In this document: positions 37,088-45,453 of the stretch, in pieces
Position numbering within the stretch: position 1 is the first letter of the stretch
How the letters are laid out: every line of letters starts with the position of its first letter
Source of the DNA: Candidatus Shapirobacteria bacterium
GTDB lineage: Bacteria > Patescibacteriota > Microgenomatia > UBA12405
NCBI GenBank assembly: GCA_028700625.1
Contig: JAQVSI010000003.1
Location: 1-62,716, forward strand
Direction of reading: 5' to 3'
DNA length: 62,716 nucleotides
Translations under genes and position numbers: made by a program
The notes under the pieces: generated by a model
Seen by the model: only the letters and a program-made list of their open reading frames with translations
What the model was told of the DNA's origin: nothing
Database searches by the model: none

Positions 37088-38479
37088 ATGTCGTTGTTTT
37101 CTAAACCAAAACTTATTTTGTGGCCTAAAGCCAAGATAGTTGAACTTTATATCGACCGTAAAGAAAACAATACTTTAAGTTTTGATCTTAATCTTTGGCA
37201 AAAATGTAGCGATAAAGATTTAGAAGCTTTTAGCCTATATTTTAAGCAAAATAAATTTGATTCCGTTTCTATTTTAATCCCCGATGATGTTGTTTTTACC
37301 AAATCTTTTACTTATGATTCAAAAATTGACAGTATAGATAAAAAAGAAGTCATTAGTTTGGCTGCTAACTTAGTTACTTTTCAAATTGACCCCGAAGCTC
37401 TTGATTATAAAATAACCCAAGTTAACGATAAAACTATTATTCAAGCTTTTATTTACGATAAACCAAAACTCGACCAACTTAAATCAAATTTAGAAATAAT
37501 CGGTGTTAGGGTTAATCAGTTAACTTCTGTCTCCACCGCCATTGCCAACACTATTTCTTCAATTTACAAACAGGAATTCTTTTTAATTTACCCTCTAAAC
37601 GATCAAGAATATACTCTATTGCTTTCAAAAAATAATTCAGTTTATTTAACTGTAAATATTAAAGGACCAAGTCTCGATATCCAAAAAATAGTTAATTATT
37701 CTAACTTCTATTTTTCTAGTATTACCAAAAAAATTTATATTCCCGAAGGTCGAGATCTTGAAATTATTACCACCACCGAAATGGATAAAACTATTTATAG
37801 TGAATCACAAATTGCTCAAAGCCTTTCAAGAGCTTCAAATTTGCCTTTACCAGTCTTAGGAGAAATAACTAGCTCTATTTCCTATAATACTGATATAATA
37901 AAGCCATCAACCAATATTAGTTCATCCCAAAAAAATATGGAAAACAAAAAAAGAAATCTTTTACCAATTATCGCAGTTTTTATTTTTACTGCCGCTCTCG
38001 CTTCAGTTGTTATTTGGATGGTTTTAAATAAAAACAACAGTGAGACTGAAAGTCTAAACGAAACCCAAAGTGAAATAACTGAAAATATTACTCCAACTGA
38101 AATTCCTACTCCAAGCCCAACTATTGCCGAAATTGACAAAAAAATAAAAATTCAAGTTTTAAACGCCACTGATATCAATGGTCAAGCTGCTACCCTAAAA
38201 GCTACCCTAGTTGCTCTTGGATTTGAAAACATTTCTGTCGGTAATGCCAAAACTACTGCTACTGAAAATTCAGTTCAAGTTAAAGCTGCTAGCACTTCTG
38301 CTTATTTTGAATCAAAATTAGTCACTAGCTTCCCAAGCACTTACACAACCGATCTTGCTAAAACTGCCACCTACGATGCAGTTTTTACCATCGGAACCGA
38401 TCTAAGCACTGGTGCTTCTACTACCACCAAAGTTACTCCAACTGTCACCAAAGCTCCAACTGCCACCCCAGCTGAATAA
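37088..38479 (+). CDS. Bitopic membrane protein: PilM/FtsA-like N-domain, TM, T/P-rich linker, LytR_C-like domain
   Basis: VSILIPDDVVFTKSFTY...KKEVISLAANLVTFQIDPEALDYKI resembles the PilM N-half. TM is LLPIIAVFIFTAALASVVIWMVL. KIKIQVLNATDINGQAATLKATLVALGFENISVGNA resembles a LytR_C domain. Confidence 0.55.
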   Translation: MSLFSKPKLILWPKAKIVELYIDRKENNTLSFDLNLWQKCSDKDLEAFSLYFKQNKFDSVSILIPDDVVFTKSFTYDSKIDSIDKKEVISLAANLVTFQIDPEALDYKITQVNDKTIIQAFIYDKPKLDQLKSNLEIIGVRVNQLTSVSTAIANTISSIYKQEFFLIYPLNDQEYTLLLSKNNSVYLTVNIKGPSLDIQKIVNYSNFYFSSITKKIYIPEGRDLEIITTTEMDKTIYSESQIAQSLSRASNLPLPVLGEITSSISYNTDIIKPSTNISSSQKNMENKKRNLLPIIAVFIFTAALASVVIWMVLNKNNSETESLNETQSEITENITPTEIPTPSPTIAEIDKKIKIQVLNATDINGQAATLKATLVALGFENISVGNAKTTATENSVQVKAASTSAYFESKLVTSFPSTYTTDLAKTATYDAVFTIGTDLSTGASTTTKVTPTVTKAPTATPAE

Positions 38480-38497
38480 AATTTTTAAGTAAATTAA

Positions 38498-38525
38498 ATC
38501 CCTCGCACAAGCGGGGGATTTTTTG
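38498..38525 (+). terminator. Intrinsic terminator
   Basis: atccctcgc-acaa-gcgggggat followed by a T-run. Confidence 0.85.
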
Positions 38526-38536
38526 TTCTTATAAGC

Positions 38537-38566
38537 TTGCTTTTTATACCCCTTTTAGATTAAAAT
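38537..38566 (+). promoter_or_regulatory. Putative rfb promoter: TTGCTT-18 nt-TAAAAT
   Basis: ttgctt 38537-38542 and taaaat 38561-38566, with the -10 box 9 nt from the rfbB ATG. Confidence 0.4.
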
Positions 38567-38575
38567 GACCTTACT

Positions 38576-39586
38576 ATGAAAATTTTAATCACTGGTGGTT
38601 GCGGTTTTATTGGTTCGAATTTTATTAAGTATTGGTTCAAAAATCATCCCGAAGATTCGATAACCAATCTCGACAAGATGACTTATGCTGCCAATCCTCG
38701 CAATTTAGTTGAATTTGAAAATTCTCCTAACTACAAATTTGTCCAAGGTGATATTTTAGATGAAAAAATAGTTGATGAATTAGTTTCTCAAGTTCAAACT
38801 ATTGTCCATTTTGCCGCCGAATCTCATGTTGACCGATCTATTGATGATCCTTCTCTTTTTGTCCGAACTAATGTTCTTGGCACCTATAATCTTTTAATGG
38901 CCGCCAAAAAATACAATGTTCGCTTCCACCATATTTCCACTGATGAAGTTTTTGGCACTATTGCTTTAGAAGATACTGTTAGTCAGTTTAATGAAACTAC
39001 TCCTTATGATCCCTCCAGCCCTTATTCTGCTTCCAAAGCTTCTTCAGACCATCTAGTCCGATCTTTTTATAAGACTTTTGGATTACCAATCACTATTAGT
39101 AATTGTTCCAACAATTACGGTCCTTATCAACATCCAGAAAAAATGATTCCTCGTTCCATCACTAATCTTTTAAGTGGTGACAAAATTAAAGTTTATGGTC
39201 AAGGTTTAAATTTCCGTGATTGGCTTCATGTCGAAGATCATTGTCGTGCCATTGAATTGATTTTATTAAATGGAAAAATAGGGGAGACTTATTGTGTTGG
39301 TGGTCTTAAAAAAGGCACTTCCAATATGGATTTAGTCCGTTTGCTTTTAAAATTAATGAATAAGAATGAAGAATCAATTGAATATGTTGCTGATCGTCCA
39401 GCTCACGATAATTATTCCGTAAATTGGGATAAAATTAATAAAGAATTAGCTTGGGAACCAAAATATGATCTTGAATCTGGAATGAAACAAACTGTCGACT
39501 GGTACACTCAAAACCAAACTTGGTGGCAAGAAACCAAAAAAGAAGCTGAAGAATTTTACGTTAAATTAAATAGTTTAAAAAAATAA
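38576..39586 (+). CDS. rfbB: dTDP-glucose 4,6-dehydratase
   Basis: ILITGGCGFIGSNF Rossmann motif, YSASKASSDHL (YxxxK), 336 aa. Confidence 0.93.
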   Translation: MKILITGGCGFIGSNFIKYWFKNHPEDSITNLDKMTYAANPRNLVEFENSPNYKFVQGDILDEKIVDELVSQVQTIVHFAAESHVDRSIDDPSLFVRTNVLGTYNLLMAAKKYNVRFHHISTDEVFGTIALEDTVSQFNETTPYDPSSPYSASKASSDHLVRSFYKTFGLPITISNCSNNYGPYQHPEKMIPRSITNLLSGDKIKVYGQGLNFRDWLHVEDHCRAIELILLNGKIGETYCVGGLKKGTSNMDLVRLLLKLMNKNEESIEYVADRPAHDNYSVNWDKINKELAWEPKYDLESGMKQTVDWYTQNQTWWQETKKEAEEFYVKLNSLKK

Positions 39587-40140
39587 TGCCAAACTTCATT
39601 AAATCCAAAATAGATGGATTAATTATTATTGAGCCATCAGTTTTTACCGACGAAAGAGGTTTTTTTATGGAAACATACTCCAAAAAAGTTTTTACTGAAA
39701 ATGGTATTGATATCGAATTTGTTCAAGATAATCACTCCAGGTCAACTAAAGGTGTTCTTCGTGGTCTTCATTTTCAAAAACCACCCTTTGCTCAAGATAA
39801 ACTAATTCGTTGCACTCGAGGAGAGGTTTTGGATGTTGTCGTTGATATTCGTAAAGACTCTCCAACTTTTGGCCAACACGAATTAGTTTTAATCACTGAA
39901 GAAAACAAAAAAATGGTTTTTATTCCAAAAGGTTTTGCTCACGGATTTTTAGTTTTAAGCGACGTTGCTGAGTTTCAATACAAATGTAGTGATTTTTATA
40001 ATAAAGAGTCAGAAGGTGGTTTGCTTTGGAATGATCCTGAAGTCAATATAGATTGGCCCCAGGTCGAAAATTTAATTTTGTCGGAAAAAGACAAACTCTG
40101 GCCAACTCTTTCAGAGATTAAAAATTTAAATATTTTTTAG
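39586..40140 (+). CDS. rfbC: dTDP-4-dehydrorhamnose 3,5-epimerase
   Basis: Cupin with DERGFFMETY and VLRGLHFQKPPFAQDKLIRCTRGEVLDVVVDIR. The start overlaps the rfbB stop. Confidence 0.93.
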   Translation: MPNFIKSKIDGLIIIEPSVFTDERGFFMETYSKKVFTENGIDIEFVQDNHSRSTKGVLRGLHFQKPPFAQDKLIRCTRGEVLDVVVDIRKDSPTFGQHELVLITEENKKMVFIPKGFAHGFLVLSDVAEFQYKCSDFYNKESEGGLLWNDPEVNIDWPQVENLILSEKDKLWPTLSEIKNLNIF

Positions 40141-40185
40141 TCTCCCTTTTATCAAAGGGAGAAACGGCGAAAGCCGAGAGGGATT
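40141..40185 (+). other. GC-rich structured intercistronic element (copy A)
   Basis: tctccctt-ttatca-aagggaga hairpin, then ggc-gaaa-gcc hairpin, then gagaggga (SD-like) 8 nt before the rfbD ATG. Confidence 0.35.
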
Positions 40186-40191
40186 TAATTT

Positions 40192-41088
40192 ATGCAAAAA
40201 ATAATTGGCACCGGCCTTTCAGGTTTAGTTGGCAGTCGTATTAAAGAATTGTTAAGTGATAGATTTGAATTTGTCGATTTTTCCCTAGATTCTGGCGTTA
40301 ATATTCTAGATAAAGAAAATTTAGCCACTGCTTTTGAAAAAAACAAAGACGCTGTTACTATTCTTCATTTAGCTGCTTTTACCGACACCAATGCCGCCTG
40401 GGAGCAAAAAGGAGATAAATCTGACATTTGTTATCAACTTAATGTCGAAGGCACTCGAAATATTTTAAATTTAGCTCAAAAATATAATCAACAATTAATC
40501 TATATTTCCACCGATTTCGTTTTTGATGGCACCAAAATCACTCCTTATATCGAAACTGACACTCCAAATCCAATTGAATGGTATGGTGAAACCAAATATT
40601 TAGGCGAAAAAGTTATTTTAGATTCAGGTTATCAAAACTATAATATTTCCCGAATCACCTATCCTTATCGAGCTAAATTTGAACCAAAAGTCGACATCAT
40701 TCGAAAAGTTTTAACAAAACTTCAAAACAATGAACCAGTTAAAATGTTTTCCGATCAAATTTGTACATACACTTTTGTCGATGATATTGCGCAATCTTTA
40801 GGCTATTTTATTGAAAATAAAAGCACTGGAATTTATCATTTAGTCGGCTCTTCTTCTCATTCGCCTTACGAAATGTGTTTAGAAATTGCCAAAGTTTTTA
40901 ATTTAAATAAAGATTTAATTTCGCAAAGCAGTTTAGAAGAATTCATTAAATCTCAACCAGAAGGCAGTCGCCCTTGGCAAAAAAAATTAATCACTTCAAA
41001 TCAAAAAGCTAAAGATCTTGGTTTAAATTTCAAAACATTAGCCGAAGGTCTAGAAAAAATTAAAAACCAATTAAATTATGGAAAATAG
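40192..41088 (+). CDS. rfbD: dTDP-4-dehydrorhamnose reductase
   Basis: GTGLSGLVGSRI, ISTDFVFDG...PY.ETD, YGETKYLGE (YxxxK). RmlD-type, 298 aa. Confidence 0.88.
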   Translation: MQKIIGTGLSGLVGSRIKELLSDRFEFVDFSLDSGVNILDKENLATAFEKNKDAVTILHLAAFTDTNAAWEQKGDKSDICYQLNVEGTRNILNLAQKYNQQLIYISTDFVFDGTKITPYIETDTPNPIEWYGETKYLGEKVILDSGYQNYNISRITYPYRAKFEPKVDIIRKVLTKLQNNEPVKMFSDQICTYTFVDDIAQSLGYFIENKSTGIYHLVGSSSHSPYEMCLEIAKVFNLNKDLISQSSLEEFIKSQPEGSRPWQKKLITSNQKAKDLGLNFKTLAEGLEKIKNQLNYGK

Positions 41089-41794
41089 TGAAGGAGTTTT
41101 ACCAGACATTAACCCTAGTAAAAATGAAGGCATAAAAATTAAATTGGATGAAAAATATTCCCATCTTTTTGGGATAGAAACTGCCATTGTTTATAATCAA
41201 TATCCAAAACTAGGAACTATCCGGGTTTATCGTGGCATTAATAATTTCACTTCAGAGTCTTTAGATAATCAAACCTCTAATATGATGCGTTTTATTGATC
41301 AAAATAGAGATATTAAAACCAGTCAAGAAATAGCTCCAATTGTTGAAACCATTGCTCAAGAACCAACTCTTCAAAATTATCAAAAATTAATCGATGAATC
41401 TAAAAAAATAAGTTTAAATAATTTTATAATTGAAACACCACATCCTTTTTATCAGGATTTTAGAAGCAATCTCATTATTCAACATCAACATGCTATTAGA
41501 GGTGATGTTGGTTCTTCTCCTTGGGTTGCCACTACCACAGATCCCTTTGAAGCTTTCAATAGTACTGGTGTAAATCTTGGTGCTATTTTAATTATTGATG
41601 TTTCTGAAGACAGAATTACTATAGATTCACACACTGATGAAAATGAAGTTTTAATAAATGGATATATAAAAAGAGAAGAAATTAGTCAAGTTTTATTAGT
41701 TGATAAAAAGAAAGTAACAAAAACTGTAACTGATGAAGAAAAATCAAAAGAACTTGTAAACTTAACTAAAGAATTAACCAATCATCATAGCTAA
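41078..41794 (+). CDS. Hypothetical protein; candidate R-S-E type ADP-ribosyltransferase
   Basis: Overlaps the rfbD 3' end by 11 nt. Motifs RVYRGI (R52), WVATTTDPFEAF (T152-T154) and DENEVLING (E188/E190) occur in ART order, with 36-38 aa between the last two. No signal peptide or TM. Confidence 0.35.
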   Translation: MENSEGVLPDINPSKNEGIKIKLDEKYSHLFGIETAIVYNQYPKLGTIRVYRGINNFTSESLDNQTSNMMRFIDQNRDIKTSQEIAPIVETIAQEPTLQNYQKLIDESKKISLNNFIIETPHPFYQDFRSNLIIQHQHAIRGDVGSSPWVATTTDPFEAFNSTGVNLGAILIIDVSEDRITIDSHTDENEVLINGYIKREEISQVLLVDKKKVTKTVTDEEKSKELVNLTKELTNHHS

Positions 41795-42961
41795 CTTTTT
41801 TGCTTCTTTTACTGCAAAATTAATCCCCCTATCTTCCGGATAAATTTGAGCAAAATTTAGTCGATATGTTTTTTCTCCAACTTTATAACTTGGCACTTTA
41901 TAGTTTGTAGTTACTATATGTTGAGCATTTTTAAATCTGAATACTTTCTTTTCCCAAACCTGTTTTTCATCAAATTCAGGTTTAATTTTCTTTAAATAAT
42001 CAAACCATTCTTTTTCAATTTCCTTATCAGAAACTTTAAAATATTTATGATTTTGCGGCACATAAGTTCCCAGGTAATAAATATTTTTACCGTTATAATT
42101 TTTATTCCCCATTAAATTAGTATGTTGAACCATCACTAAGAAAGGGGATTTAAAATCATTAATATTATGCCAATAATAATTACTTAAACTTTGTTTCGAT
42201 GAAAAAACTATATCCACCGCCCCAATATAATCAACATCTTTAATCGGTCGAGTATCAATTACAATATCAAAATCAGAAGTCGCCCTGTCAAGGGAGATGT
42301 CCGAAGGACAGAGGGTTTTTACATTAAGATTTTTAGCTAATTTGTTATTAATTTGTCCAAACCCTCCATCCAAATAACCCAAAACTTCTTCTCCTTTTTC
42401 ATTTTTCGATCCACCTCGAGTATGAATTCTGGCCCACAACCAAGCCATTGACACTTTATTATAATATTCATGGAATTTTCCTTTCAAAAGTGGCTTCCAA
42501 ATTATTTCATAAGCTCTTTTCCCAGCCCATTTTTTAATCCAATCTGTTGCTGTAATTTTTTTATATTTTTGCCAGTTTTTATCAAATTTAAGCCATAAAT
42601 AAACTAAACCCAATCTAAATTTACTAATTAAATCCAATTTTTCAAATTTTAATAGATCAATTACGCCATTAAATGGGTAAAATTTATCAGTACTATAAAT
42701 ACTAGTAGAGCTTTTGTACCATTTCAATTTATCAATTAATCCCAATTCTTTAATCAAACTAATTATTTCTTTATCTGTTTTAAAAATATGATGATATGTT
42801 TTTTCCAAGTTTTTACCAGCCATTTCAAATTTAGACAATAATCCGCCAATTTCTTTTTCTTTTTCAAAAACAGTCACAACATATCCTTTTTGGGATAATT
42901 CATATCCGGCGGTCAAACCACCGATTCCTGCGCCAATAATTGCCACTTTTCGACTATTCAT
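41774..42961 (-). CDS. FAD/NAD(P)-binding oxidoreductase (amine oxidase / phytoene desaturase-like superfamily)
   Basis: VAIIGAGIGGLTAGYELSQKGYVVTVFEKEKEIGG dinucleotide-binding motif, GYLDGGFGQI, and a C-terminal YPEDRGINFAV motif. ATG 42961 is preferred over the track TTG 42967. Its 3' end overlaps the convergent gene by 21 nt. Confidence 0.7.
   Translation of the reverse strand: MNSRKVAIIGAGIGGLTAGYELSQKGYVVTVFEKEKEIGGLLSKFEMAGKNLEKTYHHIFKTDKEIISLIKELGLIDKLKWYKSSTSIYSTDKFYPFNGVIDLLKFEKLDLISKFRLGLVYLWLKFDKNWQKYKKITATDWIKKWAGKRAYEIIWKPLLKGKFHEYYNKVSMAWLWARIHTRGGSKNEKGEEVLGYLDGGFGQINNKLAKNLNVKTLCPSDISLDRATSDFDIVIDTRPIKDVDYIGAVDIVFSSKQSLSNYYWHNINDFKSPFLVMVQHTNLMGNKNYNGKNIYYLGTYVPQNHKYFKVSDKEIEKEWFDYLKKIKPEFDEKQVWEKKVFRFKNAQHIVTTNYKVPSYKVGEKTYRLNFAQIYPEDRGINFAVKEAKKLAMMIG
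42282..42320 (+). other. GC-rich structured element (copy B) inside and antisense to the oxidoreductase CDS
   Basis: gccctgtcaagggagatgtccgaaggacagagggttttt shares tcaAGGGAGA-n3-(short GC hairpin with GAA loop)-AGAGGG-T-run with 40141-40185. Confidence 0.35.
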
Positions 42962-42996
42962 ATTCAATATCCACTATGGTATCATAAGTCCATCCG

Positions 42997-43021
42997 CTGT
43001 TGCTTAACTGCAACGGTTTTT
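42997..43021 (+). terminator. Terminator-like hairpin insulating the fusA promoter
   Basis: ctgttgc-ttaact-gcaacgg (7 bp including one G-U pair) followed by ttttt. Confidence 0.5.
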
Positions 43022-43032
43022 ATTATTTTTTA

Positions 43033-43038
43033 TATAAT
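43033..43038 (+). promoter_or_regulatory. Putative -10 box (TATAAT) for fusA
   Basis: tataat lies 51 nt upstream of the fusA ATG, just after the hairpin. There is no good -35. Confidence 0.4.
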
Positions 43039-43051
43039 TAATTAAATTAGT

Positions 43052-43086
43052 ATCTGAGATCTGAAATCTGAGATCTGAAATCTAAA
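43052..43086 (+). repeat. Five tandem heptamers ATCTGAG/ATCTGAA/ATCTGAG/ATCTGAA/ATCTAAA
   Basis: Read directly from the sequence. The repeat ends 3 nt before the fusA ATG (43090). Confidence 0.9.
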
Positions 43087-43089
43087 TAT

Positions 43090-45192
43090 ATGGCTGAACA
43101 AATTAAACTTACTAAAAATCGAGAAGTTCCTATGGATAAAGTCCGAAATATTGGAATTATTGCTCATATTGATGGTGGTAAAACTACTACCACTGAACGT
43201 CTTCTTTTTTATACTGGAAAAATTCATAAAATCGGATCTGTTGATTCTGGCACTACTACTACCGATTCCATGGTTCAAGAAAAAGAAAGAGGTATTACCA
43301 TCCAATCTGCTTGTGTGACTACTTTTTGGCATGATTATCGTTTAAACATTATCGATACTCCAGGGCATGTCGATTTTACTGCCGAAGTTGAACGTTCTCT
43401 TCGTGTTCTTGATGGTGCCATTATGATTTTTGATGGTAACGCTGGTGTTCAAGCTCAATCTGAAACTGTTTGGCGACAAGCCGATAAATATGGTGTTCCT
43501 CGAATTGCTTTTGTTAATAAGATGGATAAAATTGGTGCTTCTTTTCAAGGAACTTTAAATAGTATTACTGAAAAACTTCATGCTCCTATCGTTCCAGTTG
43601 TTATTCCAGTCGGTGAAGAACATAACCATGTTGGAGTTATTGATCTTATGAATATGAAAATGATTGTTTACGATAAGGATGAACAAGGTATGGAATTTAC
43701 TACTAAAGATATTACTGACGAATATAAAGATAAGGCTATTAAATCTAGAGCTGTTATGGTTGAAAAAATTGCCGGTGAAGATGAAATTTTGATGGAAAAA
43801 TTCTTAAATGATGAAGAAATTTCTGTTTCTGAATTAAAAGCTACTCTCAGAAAAGCAACTATTGATCGAAAACTTTTTCCTGTTTATTGTGGTGCTGCTT
43901 GGAGAAATAAAGGTATTCATCCAATCTTAGATGGTATCGTTGACTATCTTCCTTCTCCTTTAGATTTACCTCCAATCGAAGGTTACAATCCAGAAAATAA
44001 TGAAGTTTTAACTCGAAAACCTATTAAAAGTGACCCACTATCAGCTCTTTTATTTAAAGTTCAATCAGATCCACATGTCGGTACTCTATCTTATGTTAGA
44101 GTTTATTCTGGAACTTTAAAAGCCGGAACTGAAGTCTACAATACCACTAAGCAAAAATCAGAACGTATTGGTCGTCTATTGTTGATGCATGCTGATAAAA
44201 GAGAAGGTATTGAAGAAGGTTTTGCTGGAGAAATCGTTGCCTGTATTGGTCTTAAAGAATCTACTACCGGTGACACTCTTTGTGACGATAACAATATCAT
44301 TTCTTTATCTCCAATTCAGTTTGCTGAACCAGTTATTTCTCTTTCTATTGAACCAGCCACTTCTGATGATCAAGAAAAAATGGGAGCTGCTTTAAACCGT
44401 TTAGCTATTGAAGATCCTACTTTTAAAGTTACTTATAATCAAGAAACTGGTCAAACTATTATTGCTGGTATGGGTGAACTTTATCTTGAAATTATTGTTG
44501 ACCGTTTAAAAAAAGAATTTGGTGTTAATGTTAAAACCGGTTCTCCTCAGGTTGCTTATCGGGAAACTATTTCTGCTAATGCTGATGGTGAAGGTAAGTA
44601 CATTCATCAATCTGGTGGTCATGGTCAATATGGTCATTGTAAAATTCACGTTGAACCTAAAGAAAGAGGTGAAGGCTATGAATTTATTAATGGTGTCAAA
44701 GGTGGAGCAATTCCTGCCAACTTTATTCCTGCTATTGAAAAAGGTGTCAAAGAAACCCTAACTAAAGGTATTATTGCTGGATTTCCAGCCACCGACATTA
44801 AAGTTACTGTCTACGATGGAACATATCACGATGTCGACTCTTCTGAAATGTCATTCAAATTAGCTGGTGCTTATGCTATTAAAGACGCATTTACTGCAGC
44901 TAAACCTTTGATACTTGAACCAATTATGAAATTTGAAGTCAATACCCCATCTGAATTTTTAGGATCTGTTATTGGTGACCTTTCTTCAAGACGTGGTCAA
45001 ATCAATGGAACTGAAGATAGTCATGGTTTTACTACTATTCATGCTTTTGTTCCTCTTGAAACTATCAGTGGTTACGCCACTGTTATCCGAAGTTTAACTC
45101 AAGGCAGAGGTTCATTTTATATGGAACCTTGCCGCTACGATCCAGTCCCTCGTGATATTCAAGAAAAATTAACCACTAAAACAACCGGTTAA
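43090..45192 (+). CDS. fusA: Elongation factor G
   Basis: IIAHIDGGKTTTTERLL, IIDTPGHVDF, FVNKMDK; 700 aa. Confidence 0.98.
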   Translation: MAEQIKLTKNREVPMDKVRNIGIIAHIDGGKTTTTERLLFYTGKIHKIGSVDSGTTTTDSMVQEKERGITIQSACVTTFWHDYRLNIIDTPGHVDFTAEVERSLRVLDGAIMIFDGNAGVQAQSETVWRQADKYGVPRIAFVNKMDKIGASFQGTLNSITEKLHAPIVPVVIPVGEEHNHVGVIDLMNMKMIVYDKDEQGMEFTTKDITDEYKDKAIKSRAVMVEKIAGEDEILMEKFLNDEEISVSELKATLRKATIDRKLFPVYCGAAWRNKGIHPILDGIVDYLPSPLDLPPIEGYNPENNEVLTRKPIKSDPLSALLFKVQSDPHVGTLSYVRVYSGTLKAGTEVYNTTKQKSERIGRLLLMHADKREGIEEGFAGEIVACIGLKESTTGDTLCDDNNIISLSPIQFAEPVISLSIEPATSDDQEKMGAALNRLAIEDPTFKVTYNQETGQTIIAGMGELYLEIIVDRLKKEFGVNVKTGSPQVAYRETISANADGEGKYIHQSGGHGQYGHCKIHVEPKERGEGYEFINGVKGGAIPANFIPAIEKGVKETLTKGIIAGFPATDIKVTVYDGTYHDVDSSEMSFKLAGAYAIKDAFTAAKPLILEPIMKFEVNTPSEFLGSVIGDLSSRRGQINGTEDSHGFTTIHAFVPLETISGYATVIRSLTQGRGSFYMEPCRYDPVPRDIQEKLTTKTTG

Positions 45193-45214
45193 TCAAAATA
45201 TTAATAAATATTTA

Positions 45215-45243
45215 ACACCCCTGCCTTTGTAGGGGTGTTTTTT
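45215..45243 (+). terminator. Intrinsic terminator after fusA
   Basis: acacccct-gcctttgt-aggggtgt followed by tttttt. Confidence 0.85.
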
Positions 45244-45349
45244 GCTTTCTATCCCCAAACTTTATTAGTTATCTATGGTAAAATTTTGATTAACTCGATT
45301 TAGATAAATTATTTTCTAAAAACAGCATTAAATTGCTTCTTTTTGTATG

Positions 45350-45378
45350 TTGCAAAGCTCATGGCTAGCTGATACAAT
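45350..45378 (+). promoter_or_regulatory. tuf/S10-operon promoter: TTGCAA-17 nt-TACAAT
   Basis: ttgcaa 45350-45355, 17-nt spacer, tacaat 45373-45378. The leader of about 70 nt ends in aaggag 9 nt before the ATG. Confidence 0.6.
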
Positions 45379-45453
45379 CTAAAAGCATTTTAATCTTAAA
45401 TTATTAATTCATTTTTTAGTCTAAAAAAGACAATAAAAAAGGAGAAAAAACAA

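Noticed and set aside
43052-43086. Heptamer tract as a CRISPR-like or minisatellite array.
   Set aside because: The units are contiguous 7-mers without spacers and total only 35 nt. No cas genes are present. It is kept only as a tandem-repeat observation.
43042-43332. 96-aa minus-strand ORF overlapping the fusA start and the heptamer repeat.
   Set aside because: It is antisense to the highly conserved EF-G G-domain and has a low-complexity S/N/F-rich translation. The heptamer repeat explains its open frame.
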